Source: Trichoplax adhaerens (lineage: Eukaryota; Animalia; Placozoa). From it: a DNA stretch of 64,000 nt. The DNA lies in assembly GCF_000150275.1 (NCBI RefSeq), contig NW_002060952.1, positions 2,227,128 to 2,291,127 of the forward strand. Direction: 5' to 3'. The position numbers and the translations under genes are program-made. The notes below the pieces were generated by a model. The model had not been told where the DNA came from. It searched no databases and saw nothing but the letters and a program-made list of their open reading frames with translations. This document shows positions 49,291-61,000 of this stretch, piece by piece (position 1 is the stretch's first letter; every line of letters starts with the position of its first letter).

Positions 49291-51634
49291 GTGTCACTTT
49301 GACACTGACACTCAGCTGCGGAACGGACAGTTGGACACTGCTACCGGCGTGTCGCGTACGCCGGTTGAAGTCCATACTGTAATAGGATCCATTTGGCTGG
49401 ACGCATGCGTTTCCACAGCTGTTGACGGCTGCTGAATCTACTGTACCCACAGTGCATACTGTAGTGTACTGTACATTGTACACTACACTCAGCTTAACTC
49501 TATCATTGCTGTATGATTGATTATTTTCGATGTCTCCCCTTCCTTCAAAAATCAAACTTGTATTCCGTTGAAATTCCTCTATCATATATATATATATATA
49601 CCAGTAGAAGGATATCTCCGCAGAGACATAGATCGAATTGAGAAGTCATCGAGTTTAGGCCTAATTCAACTTACACAATTATATCTTTTCAGCGTTCAAC
49701 ATTATGTATCAGTCCATATAGTAAATTTATTTGGAACGCTTTTGGTTATCTAAATTGATATTTCAATTTTGGGCATATTTTAAAGTTGAGTTGATATCAA
49801 CTAATGGGATAATCCGAACAAAATGATATTTTATATTATTATGAGCAAATAACATATTGATCACTGAAGTAAATTATTCTATTTATTACATATTATGATA
49901 ACATGACCTTAATCTAGTCAAAAATAAAATTAGAGATGTAAATAATAAACTGCTATGAGTAAAAATTTGCAAAGAGTAATTTGTTTACCCTTCATTGGTC
50001 ACGAAAGATCAACCCATGTTATCGAGTAGAACAAACTAATGGTAATAGCCATTTTGACAGCTACAATTAGCCCGGTATTGATGCTACAAATTTACGATTA
50101 AAGTATATCGCCAGTTATTCATTAGTAATAACGAGTAGACAGAACTTATATATGAATATTAGTTTGCTTTGCCATTTAAATTGACATGTAATTATTCTAC
50201 AATATGGACAAAAGGTAAGAAAAGCAGTGTTAATAAACGTTTTATACAAATTTAAGTATGACGGCTGTAGTATATGCTTCTAAATACGGTATAGTCTATT
50301 CTCAGTGAAAGTTATTTCCACGACACTGGAACACAACTCTATATATTCTATGTTTAATGAATAATTGACATTGTGGAAATCATGGAAATTTTTTATACTC
50401 TAGTTGCATGATATCGTAAAACTACCTTAACATAGAAGTAAGATATTCTTAGTAATCATTGGTGTTTATAAATAACTCGATTTTGCTGTGCTTCTTACAT
50501 TATAAAAGCTATCTTCAACAACTTATTACGATAATTAGTTCTGCCAGTTACACGAAAACCCTCCTGCTTTACTTATTCTATCTTACTGTAGCTATTTGAC
50601 TAGTCATGTCATTATACACGCTGTAACTTAACACAGCTTTCCTCGTCGTACAGCCTGCAATAAAGACTACTTTTTTACCTAGTTATTCTCTTACAATTTA
50701 CTGTGATTATGGTAATCGCTTAATCTTCGCAAACATCACAATTGACGGCAGAGATCGTAACAATTACAGCAGCCTTAACTACTTACTTCTCCGTAACTGG
50801 GTTGTACACCTCCAATATGGGTACAACCTTCTTGCTATCAATATTAAAACAACCTCTTCAATGCATCAGCACAAATACCAATTATACATCCAGTTCAAGA
50901 TAGGGCAAATCAACACATAAGCTGAGCAAAGTCATACGGTACTAATTGATACAAATGGATACTAGTTTAGAGAGATTAGTTGGTAAGCGATAATAATGAA
51001 TATTAACTAATATTTTTATTGCATATTGGCCAAGATCAGTTTTGCTGCTTATGAAAAAAGACAATTATGCTAACAAAGAATTCTGGATAAAGTTTAATGT
51101 GCAAGACAGGTAAAAGAGAGAAGATGGCTGATGAAAAGAGGCGGCAACAGCAACAATAATGGATCATTATTGTCAAGAATGATAGCATGATCAGATATCC
51201 GTATAGGACGAAAATTGATAAAACGAAAGGCTCGAACCTTAATCTATTTTAGACAACAAACATCAAAATCAAATTTCACTAATAGGAACGTACGAATAGC
51301 AGTAATAACTTTTATTAACCATCACTCACTTAAACAATAAAATAAAATTATACCCGTATTATAACAGCAAGAATTCAGTAACTAGTCTATTTTAGATTAT
51401 GAATATTACTACCAAATTACACGAATATGAACTCATGAATAGCAATAACAGCTTATATTAATCATCACTAATTTTAAAGAATAAAATTAAGTTATATCTG
51501 CTTTGCAAAAGCCAGAAATTGAGCAATTATCGCTAGTTTGTTTTAGATGATCAGTATCAAAATCAAAATTTTACGAATGCGCTTTTCGTCAATGTCTAAG
51601 TTTTAACACCAATTTCCATTTTAATTGATGAATA

Positions 51635-52156
51635 TCAACCTGTCTTTAATTTTCCTGCTGCTTGGGCGATTTTTATCACTTCTTCCGCTGTTTTCGCTCC
51701 TAGCTCAGCAAACTCACTAACATCTTTGACTCGATCTTTTAATTCGCCTAAAAATCCTTGATCTGCAGGAATATTTCTAAATCCTACAGCTGATATCCGA
51801 ACATAGAATCCAGATAATTGTTGTCCAGTTAGATTACCCCAAAACTTTTTTGCTGGATTAGTTTCATTCATTCTTGTAAATGTAGCTGCAACCCAAGAAA
51901 CTGCAGCGTTAAAACCGGTCCTTTGCATATTTCCTGCCGATTCCTTCCAGTTCCAAGATCCGCCAAATTGAATAGGAAATGTTACGCTAACTTCATCTTC
52001 ACTTGTAAGATCTACAATATGCTTTTGATTTAATTTATCAGTCCATGTCACTTTTAAACCGCCTCTAGCGTTATCAAAAGTTTGACTTCCTTTGTCCATT
52101 TCAATTCCACTTGGTAATGGATAATCAGGTCCAGAGTGTGCTGATTTCGAAGACAT
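51635..52156 (-). CDS. Hypothetical 173-aa protein, single coding exon
   Basis: One of the longest uninterrupted ORFs in the window, with protein-like composition. The ATG at 52156 is preceded by a plausible acceptor (TTAG|AGAAAAAG ATG). A candidate non-coding exon donor lies at ~52461 and a TATA-like element at ~52600. Confidence 0.75.
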   Translation of the reverse strand: MSSKSAHSGPDYPLPSGIEMDKGSQTFDNARGGLKVTWTDKLNQKHIVDLTSEDEVSVTFPIQFGGSWNWKESAGNMQRTGFNAAVSWVAATFTRMNETNPAKKFWGNLTGQQLSGFYVRISAVGFRNIPADQGFLGELKDRVKDVSEFAELGAKTAEEVIKIAQAAGKLKTG

Positions 52157-52617
52157 CTTTTTCTCTAATCGATAAAACACAATAACATAACACACATAAA
52201 GCTTTAATTAAAGATGAAAATGTTACAGAGTGCACGTTAATAAAATAATAATTGGATGATGGCCAATATCATACTCGTATGTATGCTCTAATATATTTTG
52301 AACATGAGCACAAACTTAGCTCTAAGAATATACGACAGCAATAGCGTTTATTAATATTAATTTCCGTGTGTTTATACTCTGTAGCTACTGGTGAATATAG
52401 ATAGAAGTATAAAAGCGAGTTACTTTTCACAATAAAGAGATTTCATTAATTTATCCTTTACGTATATGGACAAAGTCTATATTGTTTTTGCCATGAAAGT
52501 TAAGGGAGAAATTTATAATTATCACTGATCTTGATGAGTAGTTCGAGATAGATGAAGACCCAGGAATATCTCTGGTGTTGTATCTTTGTCACAAAATATA
52601 TATTTACTATGGTAATA

Positions 52618-53400
52618 ATTGCATTACGCATTATTTTCTGCATTGCCTCTACACGAAATAACGCTGTTTTTAATAAAATGATCCCGTGGTAATGGCATGT
52701 AAAATTTTTAATAAGTTATGATATAAAAATATCGTGCATTGCATTACGCAGCGTTTTCTGCATTTATTATACATGGAATAGAGCTGTATATTAATAAGAT
52801 GACACTGTGATGATGGCATCCAATCTTTTAATACTAGATGAAGTAGATATACCAGGCATGACATTATGCAGTTAATTATGCAACGTTTTCTGCTTTTACT
52901 ACGCAAGGAATAGAGTTGCATGTTAATAAGATAACACTGCGATAATAGCATCTAATATTTTAATAGTAGATGAAACAAATACACCGTACATTACAGTATA
53001 TTATGTAGTGTTTTCTTTGTTTACTGTACTAGTACATATGGAGTAGACTTGGATATCAATGAGATGATACTTGGATGAAGACATCTGATATTTTAAAAAT
53101 AGATGAAATAAATACATTGCGCATTATCATGGACTGCTAGTACTAAGGCTTCTTATATTAGTTCATAACATTACATTATGTAGCATTTTCTGCATTTACT
53201 GTGGTTACATTATGCAACATTTTCTGCATTGAAGGAATAGAGGTTTTATATCAATAAAATGATACTGCAATAATAGCATCTATTTTTTTAAAATAGATGA
53301 AATAAATATACGTGCGTTAGATTATACAGTATTTTCTGTATTGACGAAATAGAGCTGTAGGAGTATGTTGATAAAATGATGCTGCAATGATAAAAATGTA
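52618..53400. repeat. Degenerate tandem array, about six units of ~120-135 bp
   Basis: Recurring ATTATGCA.CGTTTTCTGCATT..GGAATAGAG..AATAAGATGA.ACTG..AT.GCATC..TTTTAA..TAGATGAA at ~52620, 52741, 52875, 53000, 53208 and 53321. Confidence 0.85.
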
Positions 53401-56400
53401 ACACTTTATTACTGGACGTATATGAAGCAAGAAATATTCCGTATATACTGTACCATGCATTGCATTATTTTAAATAATGGCGTCTAGTTTGATAGCTAAA
53501 GCAAGTAACAAAAACTAGTCATATTATAATAGGTGATAAAACCGATTAATGTTTCCTAAAATCTTCGTAGAAATGTACATTAATAAATGATATAATAATT
53601 ATACAATGTAACATTTTCATAACAAGTGAAAAAAATATACAGGATAGGAGTTAATAGCCTTCAATACCTTACTACTAACAGTGCAAAAGCCAAAATAACT
53701 TGAATGATGATAATAAGAGCAAAGTGGAGCTCAAACTTCAGAAAATAGCGCAGTCAATTATGAGAGTTAGCCTTAATAGAATAAAACGTTTTAAACTCTT
53801 CTTAGTTAAACATATTTCAGGGGACAATTCACAGTAGGATATCGATGCAATTGCAAAACAAATTTTTTAAAATATTAGAACGATAAACGATAATTTGCAG
53901 CTATAGGAAATAACCCTGGCTAGACTGCAAATTAGAAGGACTAAAGTGCAACGGATGCTTACGTGCTGTCACGTACAAATAAACATGGTGAATTTGTTTA
54001 CGTATTAAAAATAACAGAAATAAGCTCTAGATATACGCAAATGTACGTAACATATAGTCCTTATGTACTGTATATCAAATTAGCTTTAACCGGGGATGTA
54101 TTGAATTTAGCGATAGCCCTAACGACAATTAACATCATTCGAGGACATAAACATTCTCTATTCCATGTTCCTCAAAATACGGCATGGACTAATGACTCAC
54201 AATTGCTACAAAATTCTTATTTATTTTATAAATAATAGGGTCCATTAGCTGCATTGCACGAGTCCTATGTACAACATGTAAAAGTTTCTAGATATGCTAT
54301 AACTATATGCATATATTCCATTTTAAACAATACTAGCTTAAACACTCCTTCAGATGAAGGTGAAAGATCTTTGCGTAGCGGACTTTAGATAGCATGTATG
54401 ATATATATAACTATACATGGTATACAATGCACCCTGATTATATAAAATATAGAATACAGTGGCTTATTAGCCAAGACTGTATTTCTCCTATGTAAAACAT
54501 GTAAAGGATTCTAGATATGGTGTAATTATGATATTAAATTATATTGTACTTATCCCATGTGAAACAAGTACTAGAGAGATTCCATGAGTTGTATAATTAT
54601 GGGCATGTTGCATCCCGTTTATATATCTAATATTGTGGCTTATTAGCTAATAGGCACTCGCCTCGTAAATGTAGGAAATATAGAGAATTCTAGCAAGTAT
54701 GTCCTCACAAACCAGCTTACAGCGGAAACAGCTAACTACAATAGACTATAGTTACTATGTAAGTATAAATGCAGGATGGCCTTGTGTATGACAATCTTAG
54801 GCTAAAGCAAATAACTGCATTAAAGATTTCGTACCATTCTCGACAAGTATAAGAAACAAGAAATTGTAAACGTAGTTAAAGCTAGTATAAACAAAAGATG
54901 CAACTTTATCAAGTAGATGATTTCTACTCCTACACTCTTTATAGATTGAAATAGCGGCTCGTATACTCGTCTATGTTTGGTTTACAGTTGAATTCTATAT
55001 ATTATAATTAATTATAATTGTTAATATAGATTTTTTAATACAGCAGCTTATAGCCAAGTTGCTATTTGCTAGCAAGACAAGACTTAGGAGCATACAGTAC
55101 GTTGTCGAAATTCCGCAATTGTAGCTCATAATGGATGCGTAGTGATATTGAAGTATCATTGATCTTTAACTCAGTTTTTATACGATCTAGGCTAACTAGG
55201 TATAGATATAAATGAGAATAAGCCTACTGAAAAAAAGATGGGGAGATAGTGTTGTTAATAGAAATGTTGACGAATTTCTGATGTTAGACTATAGACCATT
55301 TAAAGCATCATTAATAAAATCAAAGCCTTAGCTATTAGTTTCAGGGAAATTGACCAAAAAAATTTATAGACACATCTATATTACCGATTGCCTATAACTC
55401 GACGACTGTTTGCAATAGCCAGGTTTCCCAAAATTTCAATTATATTACTGTATAATTCCATGATAGAGAAAAACAATCACTAGATTGACCTATTGCCAAA
55501 TGATTAGAAGCCACAACATTACAGTTATTTGAATAAAAGCAGAAATGAATCTCCTAAATTAGACTTTTCTTTCAATTATAAACAGTGCAAGGAGCCAGTA
55601 GGGATATTCAGAGATGGCGATGAAGCTCATGCTTTAACACTATTTTGTAAAACTCACAACTAGCCTTTCTACTGCACGCGTATAGCATGCTTTAATTTCA
55701 TAAGTCAACGTCGGGACTCTGCAGTTAAGAGCATCTTTTAGGTTAGAGTTAGGGTTAGAGTAAACTAGGGTCCGATTTCATGTATCAATGCTGAGACTCT
55801 GCGGCTAAGTGAATCTCTTTAAGTTGTAACTTCTTTTCCAATCATAAATAGTACAAACGGTCAACAAGAGTAATCACTGACGATGATGAAAGTCATGCTT
55901 TAACAATATTTTGTAAAAAAAAACTCATAACTGGCTTTCTAACGATACACCTATACCATAACATAACCTCAAGTTATCTATCATCTATGCCCGTGGACCT
56001 CCAATAGGAGTACAATCTTTAGCTATCAACATTAACACAACCTTTGTAATGTGCCGGCACAAATACCATCTATACATCTAGCATAAGATAGAAGAAATCA
56101 ACACAAAATATGAGAAAATGGAAGGCAAAACAAATTAATTATTCTACCGGTCTATTGACTATTCGATATCAGTAGCGTATAATACGGAGAAATGCTAGTT
56201 AGTAGCCAATCGGAGAAGACTATATCTAAGGAAATAAAAGCTATAAATACAACGTAGTATTCAACGAACAAGAATGTATAATTGTATACCATTTCGTATG
56301 CAATGCAATGCAAGCAGCAAAGCTGTAAAAGATGATGAAATTATAGAATCAATTTAGTAAACAATTTTTATTGGATATGAGTACTGTAGTAATTATCGAT

Positions 56401-57261
56401 CCTTAATGGATACTGGGTGTTACGATAGAGAAATGAAACTTAGAATACTATCTAATTCGTAACGATTAATAGTGAAAATTTTAATTGATCACCAAATGAT
56501 TATATGACATGGATAAAGCCATTATTAAACAGTAAAATATAGCACAAATAAATAAAAATTTGGATGAACTAAAAGAAGAAACTATCACTGACGGTAGTGA
56601 TATACTACTGTATATACGATAGTAATGAGATCATGTATTTAATACTTTATTAATACGTCAAATAGCTTTAAGCATATGGTTGTAAATGACCGAAATGGCC
56701 ATCAACATATGTTCTTCTCTATATTGTAACGACCTAGACGAGATAAGGAATAGTAGCGTTGACCAATTCTGGACAGATAGCAATTAACCCAAGACTGCAA
56801 GTAAGCCTCTGAAAGACTAAAAATGATGGCCGAAGAAAAATTAGGGGTAATTGCTATTGAATATTGCTTCATTTTCTCAGAGATAGATACCATCAATTCA
56901 ATACATTCCTTATTTATGTGTTCGATTTTAAAATAAATCCAACATCGTTTTATATTCATTTAAAACTACTGTAAAAAATAAATACTCGAGGCGATAAAGC
57001 AAAAAATATTTTATTTTGGCATAATAATTACCTCTCAGTATCCCAACTCAATCTTACTATAACGGATAGATGGATTTCGGCTATGACATAATCCAATTTT
57101 ACGATACAAAACTGCCTAATTGAATATCAAGGTTTATTGACTTTAAGTGCTATCTCTGTCAGTAAGAGGTAAAATAAAGTTGTAAAATCTTCACAGATCA
57201 TGAATCATGCTTGAAAGGATTACTCTAGCCATAGCTAGTTTCAATATAGTAATCTATTACA

Positions 57262-57296
<35 letters not shown>

Positions 57297-57364
57297 CAAC
57301 TTAGACGATCAACAATACTACCTATATTGCAGAATTCCTCCTCTAGAAGATCAAATATCAGAAA

Positions 57365-57785
57365 AATTTTGCTTACTCTCCTCTATGTTCCATGATAGTA
57401 TTTCTTTAGCCACAAAATAGTGCAAGTTTTTCTAAAATGCACATATTCTACCAGAATTCTACTAGGCTTGTAGTCTTTACATTAGATTTAGATTGGTCAT
57501 CTATGTTCCACATCGTATTTTATTGACCACAAATCATGCCAGGTTTCTTAAGTCCACCCGTTCTACCAAAATGTATTAGTATTGAATCTCGTAGTCTTTA
57601 GATTAGATTTAGATTAGTATTTAGATGAAAAATCAATAGAATTTTACTTACTCTCTTCTATGTTCCATAATTGTCATTTTCCTTGACCACAAAATGATTT
57701 AAACTCTTTCTAAAAATCCGTACATTCTGCCAAAATCCTATTAGTATTGAACTTTTCGAGGCTTTCGATTACGTTTAAATTTTAG
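57365..57785. repeat. Three degenerate tandem copies of a ~115-150 bp unit
   Basis: TCTATGTTCCA..CCACAAA..TTCTACCA.AAT..TAGTCTTTA.ATTAGATTTAGATT repeated at ~57380, 57500 and 57655. Confidence 0.8.
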
Positions 57786-58097
57786 TTACTGTGACATATA
57801 ATAAAAAGGAATCAAAAGATTCATATTAAGAGATGCTTTACTAGTACTGTCACGATAAAATTCTATTTAATGTCGCCAATTAGCCAACATTGGTGGTATG
57901 CAACTTTATATCTATACCATATATTCTATCGAAATAAGCGAAAAATCAATAGTAACATAAAAATAAAGGAAGCATGTCTCTTCTTTCTTTATATTTATTT
58001 ATCAGCGTTTCATTTTTAAGAAAAATGATTACAGCTGCATGACATAAGCTTAGTCTTGATTATTTTTATTTTCTTTTCTCAGAAAAACTATCCGAAG

Positions 58098-61000
58098 ATG
58101 TCATTTGGAAGCGGAGATCCAAACGACATTCCAGATTTAATCATCGCTGTTAATCAGCCGGAAAAACATGGATCAGGTTTAGATGCTTATGTCAGTTATA
58201 ATGTCGTTACTAAGGTACGTAAATTTATGTAATAGTCATAGCTATCATTCTGTTTTACTTAAGGATTACTTATAAACTCATGTTGAATCCAACTAAGATA
58301 TCGCGAATAATTTGACCTAAATACATTTATGCGTATATGTATTTAAGCTAAACAATGTCTAATATGTCACGAAGAAAATATTCATTAGCTATCTATTATA
58401 ACATCCACGTAAAAATATTTCTTGGAAAAGAGAGCGTAGATATAACTAGATCGATATAAAATCATGTATACACAATTTTCAATTTTATGCTGCACAATAG
58501 CCTATCCTTTAACCGTCAAATATTCAATACTATCCAGATCATTTTAGCTTAGTAATAACTAACGATAAAACTGTTATTATAAATTTTTAAGCTGAACAGC
58601 ACGTTATACATCGCAAAGAAAGTATCCACTAGTTGTCTATTATAACATCCACGGCAAGATACTTTAGGCTAAGAGAGCGTAGATACCTAGCATAACTTAT
58701 AGAACTAGAATATCGTAAACTTGTGTTTATCCCATTTGAAGTGTGATATAAAACGGATAGGATTGTTTCCCTCAACCAAGACCAATAAAATACTATTAAG
58801 TAGCCATCATTCCTTCCTATTAGAAATACCTATATAGAACTCAAGATAAGATAGAGAACAGAGCGTAACCTAGTTCCACAAGCTTTACCACTATCGACTC
58901 GTTACGACTAAACTTTAAAATAGGCACGGGCTATGACCTAACAAGCACGGACATATTATCCTCTGATTGAATCGGCTATCTCAAGATTGATCAAATAAAT
59001 GCTGATTATTGTCGTAAACTTTCTAGTGCTATCATTACGTAATTACTCGCCATTTTAAAAATCGATCAGTCTTGTCAAAATTTGAAGTAGCCTATATCTA
59101 ATATACTTAGGTGATAAATAAATTGTTCTGAACCTATCCTTTACATTCAAAGTAGCAAGAATTCGACTAGTTATGCACCTAAATTTCTTTGCAACTGTGC
59201 TTTTAATATTTGTAGGTATGCCATCAAATTTGATTACTAGCCATCTATAATAGCCTCATTGCTACTACACTGACGTACTTTATTCTATGCAAACCATTAC
59301 ACCATCCAAAATAATCGAGGATCAATATTAATTTACTTGTTAAAGTTATGGTGATCTTGATTGAATTATTTAGACAACAAGAACTGCCTTTGATGCAGCG
59401 GAATATAGTGTTAGAAGAAGATATCAAGATTTCTTATGGCTTCATACACGATTAACAGAAAATTTCCCATTAGTTATTATCCCTGTAAGACTGAAATATT
59501 TATTTAAAGTATAATGTCATTTCTTGTAGAAAATGGATGTGACATCACCCAATAATATTGATTCTAAATAGTTAATTGTCGATATGTCTAGATATTTGAA
59601 ATCACTTTAATTTCAGTTCTTTCCATTGCTTTCTCATTCTTTTCAATCTAGCCATTACCTGAGAAACAAGTCCTTAAACGTCTTGATCGCTTTACTCCAG
59701 AATTTATCCATTTAAGGCAATTAGCTTTAGAGAAATTTTTAGTAAGAGTGGCAAAACATGAAAAATTGACCAATTGCGACGAATTAAAAACTTTCCTTAC
59801 TGCTAAAGCTTGGGTAAAGATTTTTTTCTAATATATCCAGAATAGCGAATGGCTCAATTTGTATTTACATACAGTACTTTTCCAAATAATTAGAGCAACT
59901 TGTTTTCACTCCTCTATTAGGAACTAACCTCGGCTAAAAAGCAAACATCAGGCCTCATTAATAAAGTTGGTGGTAGAATCGAGCAAGTCAAAAATTATGC
60001 TAGCTCCATCAAGATTAAAAATCGAAATATGGATTTTGTACTCATGCACGATTACGTTGTTAATTTATCCGAGAAATTAACACAAATAGATCGTATTTCT
60101 CAACGGATTAGTAAAGATCAGTCTGGTAAGTCATAATAAAGACGTACTTTTATACTTAGAACGGATAAAAAGCATACACTTGGTTAAAAATGAGTATTAG
60201 TTTGTTTAGCATTAGAAACGGTCTACATAAAATATTCTTGTGAAATTCCAACTTGAGTACCGCAGTGCTACACAGTTTTAAGAATACAGTAGTAAAAATA
60301 GATCTGAAAATCAATGATACCTAATATTAACTTTTAGTAAATATGAGCATGTTTCCTTAACTCAAATCGCTGATACTGTTATTATAGTTGAAATCCAAAT
60401 AGTAGGACCAGTAGTTCTTAGAAATAGTGCGCAACAATAGTATAAGATTCCAACATGTAAATTTACAACTGCTAGACAAAATGTTAACAGGATTCCGAGA
60501 CATAATTAGAGTATATCATGTTACATATGAAAAAATTCTTCAAGAAAGACTGATACTATTTTGCAATAACCTTATCGTGGTTTTAGTGGAAGCCTACTGA
60601 TATTGTTGATCCTTTAGAAAATATTACTGTATTATTGAAATAATCAATAATATATATTTACAAATTTTATGGAGGCGCAGTCCTTCGCTAATATGAAAAT
60701 ACTAAAGTATAAAATTGGGTAATCTATCTTGATCTACAAATACGTATACATCAAGAGTACTGAATACCAACGTAATAATATTTTTATTATAAGATACCCC
60801 TAGTAGATTGAAAACATTCTGCACAGCTTTTTACGGTTATTGTTAGCTAAATATGTTTGCTCACATTATAGTTTTAGATCTTGGAAAGATGCAGTCCTCC
60901 TATAGTATTTACATATATATCAAAAGTACCATATACCTAAGCTAATGAGAACTTTCTGTTCAGCATTTTACAACTGCTGGCTGATATGCGATTATTCTTT

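Larger units (their letters stand above)
50807..56109 (+). repeat. Pair of ~115-bp dispersed direct repeats (50807-50920 and 55996-56109)
   Basis: ACCTCCAATA.G.GTACAA.CTT..GCTATCAA.ATTAA.ACAACCT..GCACAAATACCA..TATACATC.AG..AAGATAG..AAATCAACACA is shared by both copies. Confidence 0.8.

Noticed and set aside
50785-50860. Kelch-like peptide GCFNIDSKKVVPILEVYNPVTEK on the minus strand followed by a GTAAG donor
   Set aside because: A single isolated repeat with no partner exons, and the paralogous copy near 56000 does not preserve the frame.
55738-55771. TTAGGG-like interstitial telomeric repeat
   Set aside because: Only one perfect unit among about four degenerate ones; compatible with chance.
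57265-57292. (TA)n microsatellites here and at ~49583-49600
   Set aside because: Ordinary simple repeats in an AT-rich genome.
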